The notes beneath the pieces are model-generated. The model saw only the letters and a list, made by a program, of their open reading frames with translations. It had not been told where the DNA came from and did not search any database. A stretch of 64,000 nt of DNA from Candidatus Eiseniibacteriota bacterium. GTDB taxonomy: Bacteria; Eisenbacteria; RBG-16-71-46; CAVPCR01. A program made the translations under genes and the position numbers. The stretch covers positions 64,001 to 128,000 of the forward strand of contig CAWGMA010000003.1 in NCBI GenBank assembly GCA_963823555.1. Reading direction: 5' to 3'. Positions 32,284 to 42,165 of the stretch are shown here, piece by piece. Every line of letters begins with the position of its first letter. The first letter of the stretch is position 1.

Positions 32284-32335
32284 GGACGGCGCGGTCCCCC
32301 AGGATCTCCTGGAGGGCCACGCCGTCCTCTGTTTT
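32284..32335 (+). terminator. Long hairpin with short T tract between convergent dnaA and lytic transglycosylase genes
   Basis: GGACGGCGCGGTCCCCCAGGA-TC-TCCTGGAGGGCCACGCCGTCC followed by TCTGTTTT. Confidence 0.6.
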
Positions 32336-32363
32336 GCCGGCCCCTGTTCTTCCGCCAGGTCCG

Positions 32364-34082
32364 TCAGTCCGAGTTGCCGTCCTGCAACTTGAGCTTCTGC
32401 CCGGGGTAGATCTTCCCCTTCGAGCTCAGTCCGTTGAGCCGGCGTAGCTCGCCGACGCTCGTCCCGTAGCGCAGGGCGATGTCGTACAGCGTGTCCCCCC
32501 GCTGGACGGTGTGGATGCGCGTGTCCGAGCTCCCCTGGCCGCCGCCCGAACCGGCAGTCGCGCCCGAGGAGTTTCCGGCTCCGGTGCTCGCATCGGCCAC
32601 CACCTCGCGGCTCGTCCGCACCCTGTCGCGATCGGGGATCACCACCAGTTTCTGCCCGCGCCGGATCCGGCTCGACTTCAGGTTGTTCCAGCGCTTCAGG
32701 TCCGTCGTGCCGACCCCGAACTTGTGCGCGATGCCGCCCAGCGTGTCGCCCTTTCGTACCACGTAGGTCATCTGGCGCCGCGGCGTCTTGTCTTCGTGCT
32801 GGGCGATCTGGGTGCGGAAGTGATCAGCCGTGCCCGGAGGGAGCTTGAGCGTATAGGTGGGATAGTCCACCGAGAGCACGGGGGTGATCCAGGTCCTGAG
32901 CTCCGGGTTGAGCTCCCGTAGGTCGCGCTCCGTCGCCCCGACGCATTCAGCCACCAGCTCGAGGTCCACCACGTAGTCGATCACCACGGTATCTGCCTGG
33001 ATCGGGTTGTCGACGAGCTTGAACCCGTACTTCTCCGGGTGCTTGGCAATGATCGCGGCGGCGTGGATCTGCGGAACGTGGTTCTGGGTCTCGGTATGCG
33101 TGGCTCCGAGCTCGGCCATCTCCATGAAATCGGCGATGCGCGACTTCTGGATATCGCGGTGGATGCCCCCCTCGCCGCGGTTGTAGGCGGCCAGCGCAAA
33201 GTCCCAGTTGTTGAACCAGAGATAGAGGTCCTTGAGGTAGGCCATGGCGGCCCGGGTCGACTTGACCGGATCCCGGCGCTCGTCGACCCACTCGTTGATG
33301 GTGAGGCCATAGTTGCGGCCCGTGGTCGTCATGAACTGCCAGAGGCCGACCGCCCGCGCCCGGGAGTAGGCGTTCACCTTGTAGCCGCTCTCGACGATGG
33401 GGACCACCCACAGCTCCTCGGGGAGCCCTTGCTTGCGGATCTCCTCGAGGATCATGGCCCGGTAGCTGTTCGATCGCTCGAAGGCGTTCTCCAGGTACTC
33501 CCGGCGCTTGCCCTCCTTGAAGAGCGCCAGATACTTGGCCACCAGCGGGTCGTCCGGATCGATGGGCATCTCGTAGGTGGCGCCGTTGGCCAGATGCACC
33601 TCGCCGGCGCGGGCAAGCTCATCCGGTGAGGCATAGAGGTCGCTTGCCGTTTCCACGCCGGCGGTGGCCATTCCGTTGCGCAGATCGGCGATCAGCCCCT
33701 CGTAAGCCGGCCGCATGTAGGCGAACGAGGCGGCATCCTCGCACATGATCGTCTCGGCGGCGCGCAGGAACTCGAACGCCCCGGCGAGCGATTCGCGATA
33801 GCCATCGATGTCCGCGGCGGCCTGCCGCTCGGCGGCCATCGTGAGCGCGGCTTCGGCCGCTGTCAGGTACTCCTCGGCCTTGACCGCCACCGAGGTCGAG
33901 TCCCCGCCTTCGATCGCCCAGGGTCCCCACTCCATCTGCTCCCACCCGGGTGGACCGGTTGGGGATCCCTGCTCCACGGTGGCCTCGGGCTTGGGCCCAC
34001 AGCCCAGCGCGGCGACCACGAAGACAGCGAGCACGGTGAGCCCCAGTCGCTTCGGCTGCCCGGGGATCCCAGGCGCCATCAT
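32364..34082 (-). CDS. mltD: MltD-like lytic murein transglycosylase lipoprotein with two LysM domains
   Basis: Lipobox AALGC; IVESGY, AVGLWQFM, DERRDP, AAYNRGEG; LysM YVVRKGDTL and HTVQRGDTL. Confidence 0.88.
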   Translation of the reverse strand: MMAPGIPGQPKRLGLTVLAVFVVAALGCGPKPEATVEQGSPTGPPGWEQMEWGPWAIEGGDSTSVAVKAEEYLTAAEAALTMAAERQAAADIDGYRESLAGAFEFLRAAETIMCEDAASFAYMRPAYEGLIADLRNGMATAGVETASDLYASPDELARAGEVHLANGATYEMPIDPDDPLVAKYLALFKEGKRREYLENAFERSNSYRAMILEEIRKQGLPEELWVVPIVESGYKVNAYSRARAVGLWQFMTTTGRNYGLTINEWVDERRDPVKSTRAAMAYLKDLYLWFNNWDFALAAYNRGEGGIHRDIQKSRIADFMEMAELGATHTETQNHVPQIHAAAIIAKHPEKYGFKLVDNPIQADTVVIDYVVDLELVAECVGATERDLRELNPELRTWITPVLSVDYPTYTLKLPPGTADHFRTQIAQHEDKTPRRQMTYVVRKGDTLGGIAHKFGVGTTDLKRWNNLKSSRIRRGQKLVVIPDRDRVRTSREVVADASTGAGNSSGATAGSGGGQGSSDTRIHTVQRGDTLYDIALRYGTSVGELRRLNGLSSKGKIYPGQKLKLQDGNSD

Positions 34083-34484
34083 CGGAGCCCGTCCCTGAGC
34101 CAGTGGTCGCGGATCGACCTCGGGCGCTCCGGCGCACGCGCCGAGCACCATGGCATGTCCTTGCGTCAAGGCTGAACCTCCAAAACCCCGACTCCGGCCC
34201 CTGGAAGCAGGGTGCAGGTCGGGGCCGTAAGCTCCTCGCGTCATTACCTCGGGGCAGGGTATGAGAGCTCCTGCGAAGCCGGGGCGCAGAGCCGCGCCGG
34301 CCATGGTCCCGCTGGACTTATCGGTCATGGAGCATGCGGCCTTCGGGACATCTGGGCGCGGAGGGCGGTCGTCCCGCCCAATCACCGCCAGGAGGGAGGT
34401 CTCGATCTGGGACACTGGATCCATTCCCCCTGCGGCCCAGCCCGGGCCCCTCGATAGCCACTTCCGGCAGAGCGACCTGGGCGT

Positions 34485-35303
34485 CTACCCGCTCGCCACC
34501 TTCGTTTCTCCCTCATCCCGGCGGGCGACCACGAAGTGGCTCGATCCGAACAGGAGCCGGTGCAACGTTGGATGGTGGAGGCAGGACCAGCGCTCGAGCC
34601 TGACCTCCATGGCATGGTGAGCGCGTCTGCCAGCGCCGACGACCCGCCCGCCCAGTGCACGGTCCGCTCCCGGTGGGGGCACCTGGGTGACAGCGTGATA
34701 CCGGATGGCTTCGGGCGGGTCCACACAATTCTCGGCCACGATCCTGAGCCCACCCTGGCGGATGAGGGATCGAGATTGCCCGAGCGTCCAGAAGTGGAGA
34801 TGACCGGCGATGTGATGTTCCGGGCCCGGCCTCTGCCGGCGCCATCCGAGACGGATCACGCGCTTCTCGAGCGGGATCTTCAGCGCCACGTCGCGTCCAG
34901 CAAGCCCGAGGGCGCGCATCGCTCGCGCCGGGTCCGGCAAGTGCTCGAGGATGTCGACCGCGAGCACGAGATCCACGCGCTCGGACCCGGATTCGAGTCG
35001 CTCGATGCCTCCCACCTGGAGCCGAGCTCGAGGGAGGCGTGCCCCCGCCATCGCGACCATGCGCTCCGAAAGGTCGATGCCGTGGAGCACCGCATCGGGA
35101 AAAGCCTTTCCGGCAAGCTCCAGCATCTCGCCGGAGCCGCAGCCGAACTCGAGGATGCTCCGGGGAGTCCGGCTCTCGGTCCGGATCAAGCGCTCCATCT
35201 CGCGCCATTTCCAGCGCGAGGCCTGGCGCTCGTAGTCGAGGATGGTCTCGCTGCGCTCCCGCTCGGCGGCCCATCCCTCATAGAATGCGCTGAGATCGCT
35301 CAC
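34485..35303 (-). CDS. Class I SAM-dependent methyltransferase
   Basis: ILEFGCGSG, GIDLS, DILEHLPDP. Confidence 0.85.
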   Translation of the reverse strand: MSDLSAFYEGWAAERERSETILDYERQASRWKWREMERLIRTESRTPRSILEFGCGSGEMLELAGKAFPDAVLHGIDLSERMVAMAGARLPRARLQVGGIERLESGSERVDLVLAVDILEHLPDPARAMRALGLAGRDVALKIPLEKRVIRLGWRRQRPGPEHHIAGHLHFWTLGQSRSLIRQGGLRIVAENCVDPPEAIRYHAVTQVPPPGADRALGGRVVGAGRRAHHAMEVRLERWSCLHHPTLHRLLFGSSHFVVARRDEGETKVASG

Positions 35304-35333
35304 GCCGAAATCAGGTGGGCAGCGACCCGCGGG

Positions 35334-35489
35334 CTACTCGTCATCGATGTCGTAGTCATCGTCCTCCTGGTCATCGTACCCCTGCTCATCGGCAAAGGAC
35401 TGGGCGCACTCATCCGAACAGAAGGTCTCTCCGTTCACCACCACGCCCTTTCCCTTGAACTCCTCTCCGCAGTACGCGCATTCCTTCAT
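35334..35489 (-). CDS. 51-aa TRASH/YHS-like metal-binding protein with acidic tail
   Basis: MKECAYCGEEF...ETFCSDECA...YDDQEDDDYDIDDE; GGAG RBS. Confidence 0.7.
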   Translation of the reverse strand: MKECAYCGEEFKGKGVVVNGETFCSDECAQSFADEQGYDDQEDDDYDIDDE

Positions 35490-35641
35490 TTCGGCTCCCG
35501 GATAGGCTCTTGGCCCAGGGATCGACACCACGGCTACCGCCCCGAGCTGGGGGGTCTCTCCATGAAGACTGCAAGGATAGAGCGGCCGTTCGCCGCCAGG
35601 CAACCGCACCGCCAGCGGATTTTCCTTGATGGGTCCGGCCG

Positions 35642-35771
35642 ACGTCCACCAACTTATCCACACCTCGCCAGTCATTCTCAAGTCGTTATTCTGATGGGGA
35701 TTAGATAAGACAAGGGGCGTCAAAACAGGGGTTTTTGGGTCGCAGGTGTCCACATTGCCAACGCATTCACA
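35642..35771. promoter_or_regulatory. Intergenic DnaA-box cluster in locally AT-richer DNA
   Basis: TTATCCACA 35654-35662; degenerate GTGTCCACA 35746-35754 and GCATTCACA 35763-35771. Confidence 0.55.
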
Positions 35772-35798
35772 ATGCCTGCAGGGGCCGCCTGCGAGCCC

Positions 35799-36710
35799 CT
35801 AGTGCCCTGCCGTCCCGATGTGGCTCTTGAGGAACCCGTGCAGCTTCACAGCGAACGGCTTCATGTGGACGAACTCCGGCGACTCGTATCCGGAGTGGCC
35901 GGCACTCGGAGCCACCCAGAGTTCCCTCTCCCCCGAGAGGGAGTCGTGAACCGCCTGGGCCATGGCCGGTGGGCTGAACTTGTCGCTATCGCCGACCACG
36001 ATGAACGTGGGGACGCGGACCTGGCCCGCCACTCGGATCGGCTCCTTCGCCGCCGGCCAGCGGCTGCCGCGGCCACACGTTTCCATCGCCCCGGAGCGGG
36101 TCAGATTCGCGCAGAACTCGGCCTCGGTCGAGTACACCCCGCGCAGCGCCAGAGCGCGGATGTCGTTGCGCTCGCTGGCGACCGCCAGGGCGACTGCGGC
36201 CGCGGGCCCCGTGGCAAAGATGGCGATGTTCTCGCCATCGAACTCGGGTCGGTTCTTTGCGTACTCGATGGCCCCGGCAAGATCGGTTCGGAACTCTGGA
36301 ATGACGACCTGAGTGGTGTCGATCCCCCATGCCTCGCTCGTGCCGAACCCTCGCCAGTCGAAGGTCAACACATGCCACGGCGTGCCGCGGAAGAAATTGT
36401 AGTAGTGCCAGAGCACCGAGCCCATGTTATCGCTGCCGTCCGTGGGAAGGATGACGATCGGCCCGGGATCACGAAAAGCCCGCCCCTCCTGATCCTGGAA
36501 GGGCATGAACCACGCGTGCAGGAGAATGCCGTCCCGGGTCGACAGGGTCACGTCGTCATAGGCGATCTTGGCCATCTCAGGGGTGCTCGAGTACTTGACC
36601 GTCGGCCGGAGAGCAGCCCCGGGACGTGCCATGCACAGACCGATGACCAGGCAGACGATCGCTCCCTGCACCTGCCCTCGCCGCATTCGATGCGCTCCAA
36701 TGGAACTCAT
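35799..36710 (-). CDS. Secreted alpha/beta-hydrolase-fold protein lacking the nucleophile Ser
   Basis: DGILLHAWF, FDWRGFGTS, VGDSD, AGH; elbow reads FATGPAA. Confidence 0.8.
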   Translation of the reverse strand: MSSIGAHRMRRGQVQGAIVCLVIGLCMARPGAALRPTVKYSSTPEMAKIAYDDVTLSTRDGILLHAWFMPFQDQEGRAFRDPGPIVILPTDGSDNMGSVLWHYYNFFRGTPWHVLTFDWRGFGTSEAWGIDTTQVVIPEFRTDLAGAIEYAKNRPEFDGENIAIFATGPAAAVALAVASERNDIRALALRGVYSTEAEFCANLTRSGAMETCGRGSRWPAAKEPIRVAGQVRVPTFIVVGDSDKFSPPAMAQAVHDSLSGERELWVAPSAGHSGYESPEFVHMKPFAVKLHGFLKSHIGTAGH

Positions 36711-36743
36711 GTTGATTCCTCGATACCGTGGGCACGCCGCGCA

Positions 36744-38099
36744 CTAGACCGCAGCCACCGGTGTCTCCGGGTCGATGACGTCCATGAATGCGCTCACGGA
36801 GAAGAGCGCCTTTCCCGCTCCTGGCGGGCCGTAGCCGGGTGGGACGCGGCACTCATGCGCGGCATGGGTGTCGCGCCACACCCGCAGCAGCCCGGCGTGA
36901 TACTCGAGCGGCGCTGCGCCCTGGATGCGCCCGAGTTCCGAAAGAGGTTCGGGACACCAGGTCGTGAAGCGCGGGATGATGCCCTGACGCATGAAGTGGT
37001 CGAGCCCCTCGCCCGTCGAGTCCAGTGCGGCGCTGATACTCGTGAACCCGTGCGGCGCGGCCATCTCCACGCCGGCGACGAAGTTCGGGATGATGTGCTC
37101 GGGGCGGAAGATGGTGGCTGCATCCTCGATCCGGCGAATCCACTCGGCACGGCCGATGTAGCGCGCCTTACCGGGACAGATGAGGTCGAATTTCTGCGCA
37201 TCCCATATCTCATAGTTCGGATGGTAGATGCGGACGCCAGCATCCTTGTACCGCTGCACGTCCGCGCGCGGCAAGGCCTGCGTGACCACCTTCGATATCC
37301 AGCGGTGCGGAAGTCGCTTCTCGATGGCCTCGGCATAACGAGCGTAGAAGGGACCCTCGGCCAGGCCGGCGATTTCTCCGGTGATCGCACCCCCGGTGAT
37401 GGTGTACGCCTGCGCCTCGTGATCCAGCTCGGCGATCACCGACATCGCCTCGACCACCTCCTCGACATCCTTCACGGAAACGTACGGGCGGCCGGCGTGC
37501 CGCTGCTGACGGAAGTTCTCGTTGATGTCGCAGAATCGGCACTCCTCGTCCCGGCCGAAGTACTGGCAGAGGCGGAAGACCGTCAGGTAGATGAGATAAC
37601 CCCACTCGATGCAGGGTGCCACTTCGGTGATCGGGCGCCCCGAAGAGAGCACGTTTCGGTAGTAGGCCGGCGCGCAGGGGAACTCGACCCTGCTCAAGGG
37701 CACCCCCTCGAGCGTGAGGATGGGGCCTGGATGTTCCGCCTCCGGTCCAGCCTCGCCCGCGAGCACGACCCGGTAGGGGGACCCTGGGTTGACACGAACG
37801 GAAACGATGGTTCTCCTGAGCTGCCAGCGCCCGCCAAACAGGGCGATCTCCTCGGGGGCGCGCTTGTCCTCGCCCTGGGCCATCTGGGCCAGAGGAATGC
37901 GATCAAAGGAGAAAATGAAATAGGACTTTGGCTTACCAGAGGAAGCCTGCGCCAGGGCGGCCTCGCTGAACGCAACCCCGAGCCGCAGCAGATCCTCCTT
38001 GAGGACCGCCTCGCGCGGCAGGTCTGGAAAGAGGTCGAAGACCCGTTCCAGCTCCCGGCGACCGGCCGGGCTACGGTCAAGCTGAACTCCATGCACCAT
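36744..38099 (-). CDS. Radical SAM protein with CX8CX2C motif
   Basis: FRLCQYFGRDEECRFCDIN; ITGG; PNYEIWD...ICPGK. Confidence 0.8.
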   Translation of the reverse strand: MVHGVQLDRSPAGRRELERVFDLFPDLPREAVLKEDLLRLGVAFSEAALAQASSGKPKSYFIFSFDRIPLAQMAQGEDKRAPEEIALFGGRWQLRRTIVSVRVNPGSPYRVVLAGEAGPEAEHPGPILTLEGVPLSRVEFPCAPAYYRNVLSSGRPITEVAPCIEWGYLIYLTVFRLCQYFGRDEECRFCDINENFRQQRHAGRPYVSVKDVEEVVEAMSVIAELDHEAQAYTITGGAITGEIAGLAEGPFYARYAEAIEKRLPHRWISKVVTQALPRADVQRYKDAGVRIYHPNYEIWDAQKFDLICPGKARYIGRAEWIRRIEDAATIFRPEHIIPNFVAGVEMAAPHGFTSISAALDSTGEGLDHFMRQGIIPRFTTWCPEPLSELGRIQGAAPLEYHAGLLRVWRDTHAAHECRVPPGYGPPGAGKALFSVSAFMDVIDPETPVAAV

Positions 38100-38643
38100 G
38101 ACCGGTGAGCGTAGCGCAAGCTTCGCCGGGACGCACCCTCGCTTGGTCCACGCGGGCGGTGGATAACGCCGTGGATCCGGTTTTTTTCTCCCTCTGGGCG
38201 CTCCGGTCCTCCGGTGGCCGCCGGAGACACTCTGGCCGCTTGAGACCCGCCCCGGAGAAAGCTCGGGATTCGCTGGGGAGGATGGGGCATGACTGCCTCC
38301 TTCGATCGAAACCCCACCTACCCCGCTTCATTCCCCACGACGCCCCCACAGGTCATCCCCACCCCGCAACCGCTCTATCTCGTTGGACCTCAACCCAGAT
38401 GGAGAGCCTGTGCCGGTTTGCACCACCCCTACAGCAACCATCTTTGTATTTCTTCAAGAAGGAAGAAGTAGATGCGCTCGCCCCCTTGAAGTGAGCTTCC
38501 AGTCGAAGCTTTCTCAACTTGCCACATCAAGATGCCCTGGGATACAATCGCTGGCGGCATCCTCATCTGAATAACTCTAAAGAGGATAACGTCTTAGATC
38601 GGCTGAAACGCGTGGCGCCGGCCGCCCGCGAGCGGGGAATCGC
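38100..38643. other. Probable replication origin (oriC unwinding region) upstream of dnaN
   Basis: About 540 bp non-coding and lower GC. GGTGGATAA 38158-38166 plus other degenerate boxes; TGTGCCGGTTTGCACC-ACCCC-TACAGCAACCATC followed by an AT-rich tract at 38409-38470. Confidence 0.6.
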
Positions 38644-39756
38644 ATGAAATTCACGATGCCCAAGGAGAGTCTGTCGCGCACGCTGCAGTCGGTGGTTGCG
38701 GCGGTGCCGCCGAAGAGCACGTTACCGATTCTCTCCAACTTCCTCCTCGAAGCGAGCGAGGGCAAGCTCAAGCTGACGTGCACCGATCTGGACGTTTCGG
38801 TGTGCACGGAGACGGCCTCGAACGTAGCACTGAGCGGCAAGGTCACGGTGCCGGCCCGGCGCTTCGCAGAAATCGTGCGTGAGTTGCCTCCGGATGAGGT
38901 CAAGGTCGGGAGTGACGAGCTGAAGCTCACGCTCGACTGCTCGATCGGGCAGTTCACTCTCATGGGGATGGACCCTGAGGAGTTCCCCAAGCTCCCGGAA
39001 ATCGAGGAGGGATCGAAGCTCGCCATCCCGGGGCCGGAGTTCGCCCGTGCCATCCGCTCGACGGTCTACGCGGTTTCCAGTGATGAGACGCGACCTGTCC
39101 TCAATGGGATGCTGCTCGAGTTCAGGGATGGGGCGGTGCGCCTGGTCGCGACCGACGGCCACCGCCTGGCCCGCTTCACGCTGCGCGACCCAGCACTCCG
39201 CGGCGCCAAGAAGGCAGACGTCATCATTCCGCCGAAGACGCTGAATCTCGTGCAGAAGATCGCTGGCGACAGCGGCTCGCCCGTGGAACTGATGCTCGCC
39301 CGCAACTACGCCGTGTTCGTGGTCGGAGAGACGACGATCTATTCGCGGTTGCTGGAGGGACCTTTCCCCAATTACGAGCAGGTGATCCCGCGCGACAATC
39401 CGAAGCGAGTGACGGTCAACCGGGGCTCGCTCATCTCCTCCCTGCGGCGGGTCTCGATCCTCGCCGACTCGCTGACCCATCAGGTGCGGCTCTCGGTAAG
39501 CAAGGACAAGGTCGACCTCAAGGTGCAGACGAACGATGTCGGCGAGGCCAGCGAGACGCTGGCAGGCGACTACACCGGTGAGGACCTCGATGTGGGCTTC
39601 AACGCATCGTACCTGTCCGAGGCTCTCCGTAACATGGAGGGCGAGAGTGTGGTCCTGGCTCTGGACAAACCGACCACGGCGGCGGTGTTGACGCCGGCGG
39701 CCGAGGGTCCGGAGGAGAGCCTGGCGCTGGTCATGCCGCTGCGGCTGAATGATTGA
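38644..39756 (+). CDS. dnaN: DNA polymerase III beta sliding clamp
   Basis: KSTLPILSN, TDLD, RPVLNG, VATDGHRLA, SRLLEGPFPNYEQVIP, GFNASYL, VMPLRL. Confidence 0.98.
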   Translation: MKFTMPKESLSRTLQSVVAAVPPKSTLPILSNFLLEASEGKLKLTCTDLDVSVCTETASNVALSGKVTVPARRFAEIVRELPPDEVKVGSDELKLTLDCSIGQFTLMGMDPEEFPKLPEIEEGSKLAIPGPEFARAIRSTVYAVSSDETRPVLNGMLLEFRDGAVRLVATDGHRLARFTLRDPALRGAKKADVIIPPKTLNLVQKIAGDSGSPVELMLARNYAVFVVGETTIYSRLLEGPFPNYEQVIPRDNPKRVTVNRGSLISSLRRVSILADSLTHQVRLSVSKDKVDLKVQTNDVGEASETLAGDYTGEDLDVGFNASYLSEALRNMEGESVVLALDKPTTAAVLTPAAEGPEESLALVMPLRLND

Positions 39757-39770
39757 GGGAAGGCCGACCG

Positions 39771-40130
39771 ATGATGCCGGCGCGTGGAGATCGGTGGCGC
39801 TGCCAGAAGCTCGAGCCCCTTGGAGGCACCGTTCTCGCTGCTCTCCCGGAAGCGGTGCGGCGGAACCTGGTGGGTTGGCGCGGGGTGGTCGGGTGGGCGG
39901 AGGCCGTCGGCCCGGAGGTCGCCCGGCGGAGTCGGGCGGTCGCCTACCACGACGGCCGACTCACGGTGCAGGTGCCCGGATCGGTGTGGATGCACCACCT
40001 CGTGGCGCTCAAGCCGCAGCTCGTGGAGCAAGTCAACCGCGCCACCGGGGCGCGGATCCCGGTCATTCGCGATATCATCTTCGTGGTCGAGCCGTCCCTG
40101 GCAGGGCCCCCTCGAACCCCGCCCTGCTAG
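39771..40130 (+). CDS. dciA: DUF721 / DciA-family helicase-loading protein
   Basis: WAEAVGPEVARRSRAVAYHDGRLTVQVPGSVWMHHL; located between dnaN and gyrB. Confidence 0.8.
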   Translation: MMPARGDRWRCQKLEPLGGTVLAALPEAVRRNLVGWRGVVGWAEAVGPEVARRSRAVAYHDGRLTVQVPGSVWMHHLVALKPQLVEQVNRATGARIPVIRDIIFVVEPSLAGPPRTPPC

Positions 40131-40174
40131 CGAAGTCGAACAGTGGCCGAGCAAGCCGACCCCAAGGAGCGTGA

Positions 40175-42139
<1,965 letters not shown>

Positions 42140-42165
42140 CCGGGCGCGCGAGCGGTCGTTCCATA

